This document shows, piece after piece, positions 24,413 to 34,700 of a DNA stretch of 35,776 nt. The notes below the pieces were generated by a model that saw only the letters and a list, made by a program, of their open reading frames with translations, had not been told where the DNA came from and did no database searches. Made by a program: the position numbers and the translations under genes. The first letter of the stretch is position 1. Every line of letters begins with the position of its first letter. The DNA comes from Bacteroidales bacterium (GTDB lineage: Bacteria > Bacteroidota > Bacteroidia > Bacteroidales > VadinHA17), in the NCBI GenBank assembly GCA_003501665.1, contig DNOQ01000096.1:812-36587 (forward strand). Reading direction: 5' to 3'.

Positions 24413-26386
24413 TTATATAAGAGACGGCTGAAGAGGCTTTTTCCTGGTGGTAGATTTCACTACATTGATCTTCAAAGTAAAAACAACATTCTGTAACCAC
24501 TTCTTGCCGGGAGCCTCAGGATGTATCTTGTAATATTCCATATCATTGAGCATCCCGATAAACCTTTCAGCATCCTTTAATTGATAAGGGAAGTAAGGAG
24601 GGATGGCGGATGCTTTTTGAAAGAAGTACTTCAAGAGAGCGGATCTTTGGGCAATTTTGGTTATGGCAATATCTGTTTCGCCTTTATTGGGCTGCTGAAC
24701 TTCCTCTGCCTCTCCATTGACTTCCAGTTGGTTCGCCTGACTACCAATTGCTGCTGCCTCATTAGTGATTCCTTCGGCTATCTGGGCGTCCTTGTATCGC
24801 ACTTCTTTCGCCATTTTAATGGACTCCCATTTCATTATGAAGTCTTTTATGATTCTTTCCGGGAATTCAGGCATGACTCCAAACGGAATGATCAGGGAAA
24901 GCAGAATGCACCCTTTGTCGACTTCCGGAAAGTCAATGACCATGAGTTTTCTCGCTACCTTCATATAACCGATATAGTCACTGGGGGAGAAAAAGTAGCG
25001 GGCAATCAGGATACCCTCTTTGGTAAGGGAATACAAACCGCTCTCTTTCCTGTTCAGAATGTGACAGGCCCTGAGGAAATGCAGGTTCTTTTCTACGGAT
25101 CCGGCCACTTTCTGTCCTGTTGTAAGAGAAGCAGCGTAGGTCGTGCTCAACGCCTGGATGAGATCCTGCTTTGATGCCGGATTCAGGGAAAGAATGGTAA
25201 GCACCATTGATTGAACCGGGAGAGGGAGAGACTTTGCAAGAGATAGTTTCTTTGCATTAAACAGCTCGATTTTGTCTCCCAGGATATATACCATCGCTTC
25301 AGGTTTACCCCGCCCTGCCCTGCCGAACATTTGATCGACATCGGTTTTTTCCAGAAAATATCCCCCTCTTCGCGTGCCGCACACAACTACTATATCCGCC
25401 GGAGTGTTTATCCCCTGGGAAAGCGTGTTCGTGGCAAGCAGAGTCTTTAATGTACCAGCATTGAATTCCACGACAAGCCTGTCCCTCTCCTTATCTTCAA
25501 GGTCTGCACAATGCATTGGCGTTACAAGGGACTCGCTGAGACAATAGCCAGCAGCTTTTGTAGGAACAAAGATAAGGACGTTGTCTTCCTGATGCTTCAA
25601 AAGTATATCTTTTAAAACTTTCAGCCTCAGGGAGTCCCGGTTATAGATGTGTCCCGAAATAGTGGGTGCAACACCTGCCGGAAGTCTTCTGGGAGCTGGC
25701 TGGGCATTGATATCATCAGGGACATGCACTTCGCTTACATGGATGAGCGTTTTTCTGTATTTCGAAACAAACATGTCGGCGTTCAGTAAAGCAGCCAGTT
25801 CTTTCTTATTGGGAAATGTACCGGACATGAGCAGGACTTTCCCTCCGCTTCTTATATGGACAGTCAAGGCCACATCCAGATTGCCTCCTCTGGACGGCTC
25901 AAGAAGGTTATGCGCCTCGTCTATGATCAGGAGCCCTGCTCTTGTCCACTCCTTGCCTGATCTCACTGCACTTAGAAATCCTTCGGGTGTTGTGACCACA
26001 AAGAACTTGTCGGCAACGGTCTTGTCGGAATTGGTGCTCAAACCGACGATCTTCGCGCCCCATATCCCGACAGACTCCTGATATAAGCTTTTGACAAGTT
26101 CACGGGTAGGAGCGGTGAGTATTATTTTCTGGCCCTCGTCGAGAAAACATCTCGATGCGATATACGCAAGGGCAGTTTTTCCTGTTCCTGTGCCGCTTTC
26201 GATGACACAGTGCCTGTCTGGTCTATAATTGTCCTTGAAGCAGCTCTGTAACGGATTCAGCGTTTCAAAGGGAATATCAGGGTCGAAGCCACATGGATAT
26301 TCACCCGTTACTTCGAAAAAGAGCGGAGCATCCTTTGTTGGCTGTCCAAACTTTTTCGTGAACCACTTCCTGAAGAAACTGATCAC
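24413..26386 (-). CDS. SF2 DEAD/DEAH-box helicase, Ski2/Hel308-like, with a winged-helix/ratchet-like C-terminal region
   Basis: Motif I is ESGTGTGKTALAY and motif II is LLIIDEAHNL. Motif III is MSGT and motif VI is QMFGRAGRG. There is a ~270-aa C-terminal extension. It uses a GTG start with a GGAGGT RBS 10 nt upstream. Confidence 0.8.
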   Translation of the reverse strand: MISFFRKWFTKKFGQPTKDAPLFFEVTGEYPCGFDPDIPFETLNPLQSCFKDNYRPDRHCVIESGTGTGKTALAYIASRCFLDEGQKIILTAPTRELVKSLYQESVGIWGAKIVGLSTNSDKTVADKFFVVTTPEGFLSAVRSGKEWTRAGLLIIDEAHNLLEPSRGGNLDVALTVHIRSGGKVLLMSGTFPNKKELAALLNADMFVSKYRKTLIHVSEVHVPDDINAQPAPRRLPAGVAPTISGHIYNRDSLRLKVLKDILLKHQEDNVLIFVPTKAAGYCLSESLVTPMHCADLEDKERDRLVVEFNAGTLKTLLATNTLSQGINTPADIVVVCGTRRGGYFLEKTDVDQMFGRAGRGKPEAMVYILGDKIELFNAKKLSLAKSLPLPVQSMVLTILSLNPASKQDLIQALSTTYAASLTTGQKVAGSVEKNLHFLRACHILNRKESGLYSLTKEGILIARYFFSPSDYIGYMKVARKLMVIDFPEVDKGCILLSLIIPFGVMPEFPERIIKDFIMKWESIKMAKEVRYKDAQIAEGITNEAAAIGSQANQLEVNGEAEEVQQPNKGETDIAITKIAQRSALLKYFFQKASAIPPYFPYQLKDAERFIGMLNDMEYYKIHPEAPGKKWLQNVVFTLKINVVKSTTRKKPLQPSLI

Positions 26387-26643
26387 TGACTAATAAACCT
26401 CCATTTCATAAGCTTCCTCCTGTTTGTAATTAAGTAAATGGCAGCATTATGCATGATATTTATCTGCCTCTCTGTCACTTTTTGAATCTCTGAGAGTATT
26501 TCATGGAATAACCTCTTTGCTGAGATACCGTGGTTGGTTTAATAAAGAGGGGGAAGAGGAAGATGGGGTTGTCTTCCTCTTCCGAGGGGGGAGTGTGAGC
26601 CCTGTGAAGCCAGTCTTCTGCCAACTCCACAGAGCAAACGGCC

Positions 26644-27492
26644 TTAAGGGTATATCTGACTCTGGATATTCTTCGGCAATTCCGGGGTCATGGGTGAATC
26701 TGTCGTCATGGCTTGCGAATCACTTGTTCGCGCTGTGTGTATCGGCTCTACCTGGGCTTTCAACCCGTTTCCCGAATTGACGATGTCTACGGTTGCCCTG
26801 ACCACGACATCTCTGACAACTTCCTCCAGAGCAGTGCCCTTTAATTGGCTGAAAATCCCGCCAAAGCCCACTCCATGCCATCCGGCGCCAGCTCCTATAC
26901 CAAGACCTGACTTCTGATTGTTTGCCTCATATGACTTTGTGAAGGTGACTTTCCCGGAGTTAACATCTATTATCCTGATATCCATGCCAACGATAGCCCT
27001 GGTCTTCTTGATATCCACAGCGCTCAATACCGGGATAATGCCGATACCAAGGTTGGTATTTGTGGTCTCCATTGTCAGAGAGGTAACAGCCCCTCCCAAA
27101 AGGAAGTCAGCAGTTTCAAGTTCGATCTTCTTCCCCGCGAGAGCCATTTCCTGCTTCAGTTCCTCTAGAGACTCTCTCTCAAGAATTTCAAAGCACCCTG
27201 TCTGCTTCAAAGCGGATATGAGCATATCTCCTATTCCCTGTCCAATCCCTTCGTAGGCAGGTTGACCTGTTAAAGATGCAATCTGCTGAAGGAATGAAGC
27301 TGTAGGCGTTTTGGGATTAATGCAGGAAGCCGCCTTACAGGTCACTTTTCCGAGTGCAATCTTGCCGATGGGCTTCTCGCACTTTGGAACCTGCGCTGTC
27401 TTTTCGGTTGTCTCTGTCTCTGCGGCTGATACTGACACAGAAAATACGCCCAGCATCGCAGCAGCAATCAAAATAGTGATGATTTGTTTCAT
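26644..27492 (-). CDS. CsgG/HfaB-family outer-membrane secretion channel protein with a signal peptide
   Basis: The N-terminal signal peptide is MKQIITILIAAAMLGVFSVSVSAAE. Family-like segments are GIGQGIGDMLISALKQTGCFEILERESLEELKQE, ADFLLGGAVTS and AIVGMDIRIIDVNSGKV. GGAGG RBS. Confidence 0.7.
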   Translation of the reverse strand: MKQIITILIAAAMLGVFSVSVSAAETETTEKTAQVPKCEKPIGKIALGKVTCKAASCINPKTPTASFLQQIASLTGQPAYEGIGQGIGDMLISALKQTGCFEILERESLEELKQEMALAGKKIELETADFLLGGAVTSLTMETTNTNLGIGIIPVLSAVDIKKTRAIVGMDIRIIDVNSGKVTFTKSYEANNQKSGLGIGAGAGWHGVGFGGIFSQLKGTALEEVVRDVVVRATVDIVNSGNGLKAQVEPIHTARTSDSQAMTTDSPMTPELPKNIQSQIYP

Positions 27493-27609
27493 GATATGTC
27501 CTCCTTTTGATGTTTGTTTTTAAATAGGTATTACCCTTCACTCCTGATTCATTCTCCTGATGTTGATTTTTTGAGCCAATTTTGGAATGAGCAGTATGAA
27601 GAGAGGGAA

Positions 27610-27834
27610 TTAAAGCCAGGTGAAGGTCGGATATCCCGTGGGAAGGCCTTTGTGGGTACCGCAGTGTTTGCGTACTATTTTTCCACGGCATACTTTACAG
27701 CTGTGACCTGCGGTGCAGTCGTTCTTTTCCATGCACTTCATAGTCTCGCAGCCGCACGGAAAAGTAAAAAGCTTTACGCTTGCCTGTTCAAACGGTACTA
27801 CCGGTTTTTGTGTTAATGTGACAACAGTTTCCAT
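27610..27834 (-). CDS. Small Cys-rich protein (7 Cys in 74 aa)
   Basis: There is a strong RBS (AGGAGGatttaaaactATG). The sequence is ...FTFPCGCETMKCMEKNDCTAGHSCKVCRGKIVRKHC.... It lies directly upstream of the CsgG-like gene on the same strand. Confidence 0.5.
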   Translation of the reverse strand: METVVTLTQKPVVPFEQASVKLFTFPCGCETMKCMEKNDCTAGHSCKVCRGKIVRKHCGTHKGLPTGYPTFTWL

Positions 27835-27930
27835 AGTTTTAAATCCTCCTGTTTTTTAGTCGTGTTTTTTAAATTGTGTTTTTTGTCAATTAGCAGAAAG
27901 AGGGTAAAGTGTTGCGGATGTATGGACTCT

Positions 27931-28056
27931 TTACAGACGATAAAAGTTGATAGTTTCTATATCGACAACGATCTCCGCAATTGCTTTCGCTGTGGCGGCT
28001 GAGACATGAGGCATATTCTCCTTGATGGTTAATTCGATAGCTTCCACTTTCGACAT
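27931..28056 (-). CDS. Small ORF (41 aa), hypothetical
   Basis: Hand translation gives MSKVEAIELTIKENMPHVSAATAKAIAEIVVDIETINFYRL. An AAGGAG RBS precedes the ATG at 28056. It is below the size cut-off of the ORF track. I prefer it to the overlapping 92-aa ORF 27890..28168, which has no RBS. Confidence 0.4.
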   Translation of the reverse strand: MSKVEAIELTIKENMPHVSAATAKAIAEIVVDIETINFYRL

Positions 28057-28168
28057 AAACAGATCTCCTTGTAGTTATATCTCTGTAACTTTCACCAAAG
28101 GCTACTTGTTTGAAACTGACGCATGCCGAAGATAAACAGCATGTGAATGATCTTCCTCTGGAAAACAT

Positions 28169-28342
28169 CTATTTATTCACCGATTCCTTGAGCAGTTCGT
28201 CGGGAATTTCAATCACATTCAAGGAGGGTTCGTTGCGTTTGCGGTTAAACAGCATCTTTACGATATCGTCGACACTGCTTAAGCTGTAAACTCTCTCCCC
28301 CTTCTGAACCTTGATTGAACCGGTCAAATTCTTGACTGACAT
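28169..28342 (-). CDS. Small ORF (57 aa), hypothetical
   Basis: I chose the internal ATG at 28342 (MSVKNLTGSIKVQKGERVYSL...) because GGAGGTG precedes it. The supplied ORF extends to 28384. Confidence 0.45.
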   Translation of the reverse strand: MSVKNLTGSIKVQKGERVYSLSSVDDIVKMLFNRKRNEPSLNVIEIPDELLKESVNK

Positions 28343-28536
28343 AGCACACCTCCAAAAAAGAAAAAGGGCATCACGATTTTTCACCGAATGGCTACTTTCG
28401 TAATGCCCCTAAAAAAGAGACTCGGGCTTGCAACAGACGTAAATGTGATTATCCTGAAAAAAAATGAAAGGTAGAGGAAGTAAATGTTTGGTTGGAGATC
28501 GGGCAGGAAGGAACAGTATGCTGCTCTTTACGGCTT

Positions 28537-28743
28537 TTAAGCGGAAAGGGCTTTCCTGACAGTAGTAAGGACGTTGTTGCCCTCTTTTCTGAAAGAAAAG
28601 TGCAGGCCCCCCATGACGGTATAAACCGGGATTCCGTGTGGAAAGAATTGAACAAGATTCGCCGAATTCACGTTTACGCTCACCGGCCTGTTGATGTTGA
28701 TACCTCCAAAGAATTTCGTGAGTACGGATGTTGCTGTTTTCAT
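28537..28743 (-). CDS. Small ORF (68 aa), hypothetical
   Basis: I chose the internal ATG at 28743 (MKTATSVLTKFFGGININRPVSVNV...) because GAGGTG lies 6 nt upstream. The supplied ORF extends to 28809. Confidence 0.4.
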   Translation of the reverse strand: MKTATSVLTKFFGGININRPVSVNVNSANLVQFFPHGIPVYTVMGGLHFSFRKEGNNVLTTVRKALSA

Positions 28744-29632
28744 AACGTTCACCTCAATCTTTGAATTTGTTCCGCCCGGAACAAGCGGAAGGATTTCATG
28801 GCTGCTCATCGCTTTTTGTTTAGTGTCAGAGCTTAGAACTGACTGTGGAGAAAACGCGAAACGGTTAGTCCATGTGCAGACCGTTTCGGGTTCCTGAATG
28901 ATTAAAGGAAGGATTAATGGGGATCCGGACAGGCAGGTTTGTCAGCACTTGAAGGTCGGAGAAAATGTGAAACACCAGTTGATTCTTGACATTGAATTTG
29001 TAGAGCAAAAAAATACGACCAAACAGCGATCGAGAGCTGAGACAAACTGCCTTGTCTCTTCCCGACAGGAAAACCGATGTTAGTTACGTTTGCAACAATA
29101 GGACTCTGAAATATTGTGCTTTAAGGCAATGATACTCTGCGAAGCGGCAAATCGGGGGGATCCTTTTCCCTTTGAAGGAAGAGAAAAAACGGGATGTCAG
29201 AAATTGGGGACTTGTTGTTTTAAGCCATTTTAGGCGGGATTCGAAAAACTTGTCTCAAGCTGTCGGCTTCTGAGGCCTCTCTGGATACTTCTATGCAGGA
29301 TAAGATGTGAAAATTACCTCAATTATAATGAGAATAGCCCATACGGTCAAGGCAATTAAAGCCTAACCAACTGAAATACAAGCATAATTTAGTGTTTCTG
29401 TCTCAGCCCTATCGCATCTGGAAAAAACAAAAAACTTTAAGAACGTCACAACTTTGCGAAATACAGCAAAATCAAGATGTTATAGACATAAAAGACCGTC
29501 TTGTCTGAAGTCTCAGGACTCTCAAAAATTCAAATGTAAACACGCTACCTGAGATCAGGTATATATTCGACATTCATTTTTTTCTCTAACCTGCTGATAT
29601 CCATAGATTAATCGGGATTAACAGAACAGGAC

Positions 29633-29692
29633 GGCTTACGTGGTTTCTTACGACGTTCCTTACGAGGTTTCTTATAGGGGTTCTTACGGCAA
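29633..29692. repeat. Five tandem 12-bp iterons, consensus TTCTTACGnnGt
   Basis: The head-to-tail units are GGCTTACGTGGT / TTCTTACGACGT / TCCTTACGAGGT / TTCTTATAGGGG / TTCTTACGGCAA. The CTTACG cores fall at 29635, 29647, 29659, (29671 variant CTTATA) and 29683. The array lies about 125 nt upstream of the ParB-like gene. Confidence 0.8.
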
Positions 29693-29817
29693 GGTCAATA
29701 CGGTTGCAGGACAGAAAACCGGACGCGAAATGATTTCGCCCGGTCCAGTGGGAATTCTGCCAATAAAAATACGCGTAATACTCTTATATCAATAAAGCGG
29801 AAAAGGAGGAGTTCGAA

Positions 29818-30780
29818 ATGACAGAAAACGCAGATAAGGAAATAAAATCAACCGAGAGATACGACAGCAAGAAATGTCTGGACGCAGCTGCAGACAAGTT
29901 GTTGGGAGACATTAACAGAGAGGAGATTGTGCAGATACCGGTGGACAAAATAATGGCCAACCGTTTCCAGCCAAGAAAGTACTTTAAAGAAGAATCCCTG
30001 GCGAGTCTTGCCGAAACGATAAAAGAAGACGGCGTGCAGCAGCCGATAACAGTAAGGAAGATTGAAGAAGAAAACTCACCCTTTCTCTTTGAACTGATAG
30101 CAGGAGAACGGAGATTGAGGGCTTCAAAAATTGCAGGGCTCGAAAAGATTCCGGCAGTCATAAAGGAAAAAAGTGACAGAGAGGTAAAAAAACTTGCCCT
30201 CCTTGAGAACCTGCAAAGGGAAGACCTTACGTACTTTGAAACCATGATGTCTATTGTCGGATTGAAAGAAGAATACGGAAGCAACGAGGAAGTCGCTCAT
30301 GCCATAGGTCTTACAAGAAGAAGCGTAGAACAATATCTGAAGATGCATACGGAAATCTCCACTCTACCGGAGGTATTTGCACTAGTGGAAAAGAAGCAGT
30401 CGGCTCTGAGCAGGAAGAATCTGCAAGATACAGCTGCCCTCATTCCCGAACTGAGAAGATACCAGAAATCGGACAAGAGAGAGTTCGAACGCTTTATCAG
30501 GAGAGTCAGGGAGAAAGGGCTCGTTGTTGCCGTGGAGAAATTAGTGAGAAAGATTGAGGGCCGGAATGCCGAAAAGAATAAAAGTGCAGCTCCCGATACA
30601 CATTCGCTTGATGACATATTCAGGGAAACAGAAGACAGACTCGTGATAAGAATTAACTTACTGAAAGACGCCCTCCCCTCTGATGAAGATCTGGGGAAAA
30701 TTCACTCAGCCATAGATCATTTTTTTAAGAGGATTGACGAGGTTGTGAAAGATTCGATTCCTGAAAGTGCGTCTGAATAG
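29818..30780 (+). CDS. parB: ParB/Spo0J-family (ParB N-terminal nuclease-like/CTPase domain) protein
   Basis: VQIPVDKIMANRFQPRKYF...SLASLAETIKEDGVQQPITVRK...LIAGERRLRASKIAGLEKIPAVI carries the ParB box motifs, including GERR. Strong RBS AAGGAGGAG. Confidence 0.85.
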   Translation: MTENADKEIKSTERYDSKKCLDAAADKLLGDINREEIVQIPVDKIMANRFQPRKYFKEESLASLAETIKEDGVQQPITVRKIEEENSPFLFELIAGERRLRASKIAGLEKIPAVIKEKSDREVKKLALLENLQREDLTYFETMMSIVGLKEEYGSNEEVAHAIGLTRRSVEQYLKMHTEISTLPEVFALVEKKQSALSRKNLQDTAALIPELRRYQKSDKREFERFIRRVREKGLVVAVEKLVRKIEGRNAEKNKSAAPDTHSLDDIFRETEDRLVIRINLLKDALPSDEDLGKIHSAIDHFFKRIDEVVKDSIPESASE

Positions 30781-30792
30781 CGCTGATCTGAA

Positions 30793-31737
30793 ATGGTAAT
30801 TATCACCGAGAGAGACGTCAATATTTTCAAAATCTTGTCGAGTGGGGCATCAGATCTTGCGGACATAAGAAAAATGCTTAGGGATGTCTATAAAACAGAT
30901 GTTAGTCCAAATGCTCTGCAGAAAAGACTGTCTCTATTAAAGAAGGATGATTATATCCGGTCGAGGGTCTATGCGAAAAAGAATGAGGGCTTAAGGGTCA
31001 AAAAGGAAGGGTATGAGCAAGAGGAGAGCGAAAAGGCAATGAGGAGCAATGTCCCTTTTGCACTGTATGCGCTTACCTTCCTTTCAATAGCCGTGCTCGT
31101 AGAGAGGGGATATGATCACAACTGGATAAGAGCATGCCTGCCAGGTCCCCCTTTTATAAAACACGATGAAATGGTCCGTGAAGTCGTCCGGGCGATAAAG
31201 AAAGAGGCAGCAAGAGTCGGTTACAGTTTCGGGTTAGTCGATGAGCTGAACCTGAAAAGAATGGCATCAAAGTACAAATCCAGGGAGAATCTTCCCGACC
31301 TATTGGTGAGACTCACTCTGGATATCGGATCGGAACAGATAGTAAAGAGATACAACCTGGAAATCGACAATAACACGATTTCGCCTTTATATATGGTTGA
31401 TAAGGTCCTGAAATCCAAAAGAAGGACGATTATTATATGCAACGACAGCAAAAGCCGCATGGAATCATTCCTGAGAGCGTTCAAATCTGCTGTTAAGGAT
31501 GAGGCAAAAAGGAATCTGATAAAAAGAAAACAGAGAAAGGGTAATGTTCAGCCGCTTCAGCAGCACGAGGACATACCTCTGGCGCATAAGGTTGTCTTTA
31601 CCTACATAAAGGAATTCTGCTCCAGAGGGTTCCTGCAGACCAACTTTATCTCAATTGATGGGGAACCTGTGTATATCGTTCCTCCGGAGATCAACAAGAA
31701 GATAATTATCAGGGGAAGAGGGGTTTATGACACATAA
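30793..31737 (+). CDS. Hypothetical protein; replication-relaxation (Replic_Relax)-like architecture of an N-terminal wHTH plus a PD-(D/E)xK-like core
   Basis: The N-terminal ITERDVNIFKILS...LADIRKML...LQKRLSLLKKDDYI resembles the wHTH of the replication-relaxation family. Later segments KHDEMV, LPDLLVRL and YNLEIDNNT fit the H / PD / E-x-D pattern of that family. This comes from memory only and is not aligned. Confidence 0.35.
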   Translation: MVIITERDVNIFKILSSGASDLADIRKMLRDVYKTDVSPNALQKRLSLLKKDDYIRSRVYAKKNEGLRVKKEGYEQEESEKAMRSNVPFALYALTFLSIAVLVERGYDHNWIRACLPGPPFIKHDEMVREVVRAIKKEAARVGYSFGLVDELNLKRMASKYKSRENLPDLLVRLTLDIGSEQIVKRYNLEIDNNTISPLYMVDKVLKSKRRTIIICNDSKSRMESFLRAFKSAVKDEAKRNLIKRKQRKGNVQPLQQHEDIPLAHKVVFTYIKEFCSRGFLQTNFISIDGEPVYIVPPEINKKIIIRGRGVYDT

Positions 31738-31752
31738 TCCGCTGATATTATC

Positions 31753-34700
31753 ATGAATATAGAAGACATAGGCGCGATAAGAATAAAACTTCTCGATCCT
31801 GATCAAATAATTTGGAGGGCAAAGGGAGAAGTAAAGTATTCGAAGACTCTGGAGTCAAATGGAAAGCCGGTCCTCGGAGGTCTGTTCTGTCCAAGAATTT
31901 TTGGAACTATGGAGCCGGGCACATGCATCTGTGGAAAATTTCACAAAAAATATAGAGAAAAACAGATTAAGTGCGAGAAATGTGATTATGAAGTAATAAG
32001 CGAGAGGGCTAAAAAAAACCGCTTCGGTTATATCAAACTGAAATATCCGGTAGTTCATATATGGTACAGAAGCAGCATAGCTACGCTTCTGGCAATCCCG
32101 CCGAAGAAATTGAGATATATCATCAACTGCCTGGCATTTATAGTGCTGAAACCCGGGGAAACCAGTTACAAAGATGGCGAAATAATTTCACTGAAGGAGT
32201 ACCTTGAAGCCAGAGAAAAAAAGAATTTCATGGCAGAAACCGGCGGGACCGTCATATACGGACTCTTGAAAGAGCTCGATATAGAGGATCTCGTAAACAA
32301 TCTGAGACAGAAACCGCCTTCAAGGAGAATAAATAAGCGACTTCAGATTGCCAGGGACTTCATGAAATCGAGAATGAAACCCGAATGGATGGTATTAAGT
32401 GCTCTTCCGGTTCTGCCGGCAAAATTGAGACCCGTAATCATAATGGACGATGGAACAATAGCCAGCTCGGACCTTAACGAGCTCTATGCACGTGTAATAA
32501 ACAGAAACAACAGATTAAAGGAACTTGAACATATAGGATCCCCGGAAATACTGAGGCTCATAGAAAGAAGGCTTTTACAGGGCTCGGTCGACTCTCTCCT
32601 TCAAAACAACAAAGGCCATACCGCGATGAACAGGACGAGAAAAAGAGCATTGAAATCGCTCTCCGATTTCATAGAGAAGAAAGAAGGCAGGCTGAGAAGA
32701 AATTTGCTGGGAAAACGAGTCGACTATTCAGGGAGATCAGTTATTGTTGTGGGCCCTACCCTGAAATTGAACCAGTGCGGTTTGCCGATTGTTATGGCAC
32801 TGGATATGTTAAGGCCCTTCATATACGGCAATCTTATGCGCAAAGGACTTGCAATTTCTCTGAGGAACGCCTCTCTTCTGGTTGATTTGAGGAGACCGGA
32901 AGCAATTGATGCCCTGGAGGAAGAACTCAGGGAAAGGGTTGTAATTCTGAACAGGGCTCCGTCACTCCACAGAATGAGCCTGCAGGCTTTTGAACCGGTA
33001 TTGGTTGATGGCAAGGCGATAAGGCTTCATCCTATGGTTTGCACAGCATTTAATGCAGATTTCGACGGTGATCAGATGGGGGTACACATGCCAATAACGC
33101 TGGAAGCACAAATAGAGACAAGGGTACTGATGCTCTCGGTAAATAATCTTCTCTCTCCGGCAAACGGAAAACTGATAATGACTCCTGCCCAGGACATAGT
33201 TCTGGGCATTTACTATCTGACGAAAGAGAAAGGCAAGAGAAATGACGAAGGGATGATTTTCGCGGACAAAGAAGACGCTTTATGCGCTCATTATGCAGGA
33301 GCTGTGGATCTGCATGCGAACATAGTTGTGAGAATGCACGGACAACGAATTGCCACGACTCCGGGCAGGCTCATATTCAGCGAGCTTTTTCCCTCACAAA
33401 TTGTATTCGAGGAGTTGAATAAGACCATCAGGAAAAAGGAGCTGACCAGGCTTGTAGAAATGTATTACGACAGAGCAGGACAGAGAGATGCCGTAATACT
33501 GCTCGACAGGATAAAGGAGACGGGATTCAAATATGCAACACAGAGCGGCGTCTCATTCTGCAGCAGCGATATCACTGTTCCTATGGAAAAGAGAGAGATC
33601 ATAGAAAGAACAGAACGGGAAGTTCAAGACATCAAAGAAAAATATGGTATAGGCGAAATCACAGACACAGAAAGGCATAACAAGACAATAGACCTCTGGG
33701 GAAAGGCCTCAGAGGAAATATCAATAAAAATGATGGCGCACTTCGGAGTGGAAGACGATGCCGATATGACAGAAGAACAGAAAAGGTATGCCAAAGAATT
33801 CAACTCGATGTATATGATGGCTGACTCCGGGGCAAGAGGAACCGTTGGTCAGATGTCACAATTGGGAGGGATGAGGGGATTGATGGCCAAGCCCACCGGA
33901 GAGATAGTCGAGATACCGATCAAATCAAACCTTAAGGAGGGGCTAACATATCACGAGTACCTGCTTGCTGCACATGGGGCGAGAAAAGGGAGATCTGACG
34001 GCGCGTTAAAAACCGCCAATGCAGGATATTTCACAAGAAAGCTTGTGGATGTCGCCCATGATCTGATAATAGACAAATTAGATTGCGGGACTTTGAAGAG
34101 TATTACGATGACAGATTTGACTGACAACGACGAAATTCTTATACCTCTGGAAGACAGGATACTTGGAAGGTATGCTGGAGAGGATGTCATAGACTTTTCA
34201 ACAGAAAAGGTAATCGTTAGAAGAAATGAGATAATCGACAAAAGAATTGCCGCAGAGGTCACAAATGCAAATATGAGGCAGATAAAGGTTCGATCGCCAT
34301 TTTCATGTCAATGCTCCAAAGGCCTCTGTGTCAAATGTTACGGTCATGACCTTTCAACGAGGATGCCGGTTTCTATTGGAGAAGCTGTCGGAATAATCGC
34401 TGCCCAATCAATAGGAGAGCCAGGGACACAGCTCACCCTTAGGACATTTCACAGTGGGGGAAGCGCTTCGGGATTATCAACAAAGAACTCTATTGAGGCG
34501 AAGACCTCGGGACGTATCAAGTTCGCTGAAATGAAGACAGTGAACAATGTAAACGGACAACTTATAGCCATCAACAGGAGCGGAAGACTGACAGTGATGA
34601 CAGCCGAAGATAAAGAATCGGACTGCGGATCCGTTCCTTACGGAGCTGTAATAATGGTAAAAGAGAACGAGCATGTCGAGGCAGGAGCTGTAATAGCGCA

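Noticed and set aside
27890-28168. 92-aa minus-strand ORF between the small-gene cluster members
   Set aside because: It has no Shine-Dalgarno sequence and an odd Cys/Arg/Ser-rich composition. A 41-aa ORF in another frame (27931..28056) has a proper AAGGAG RBS, so I preferred that one, though neither is certain.
29784-30284. 166-aa Ser-rich minus-strand ORF
   Set aside because: It is antisense to the well-supported ParB-like gene and has no motif or RBS.
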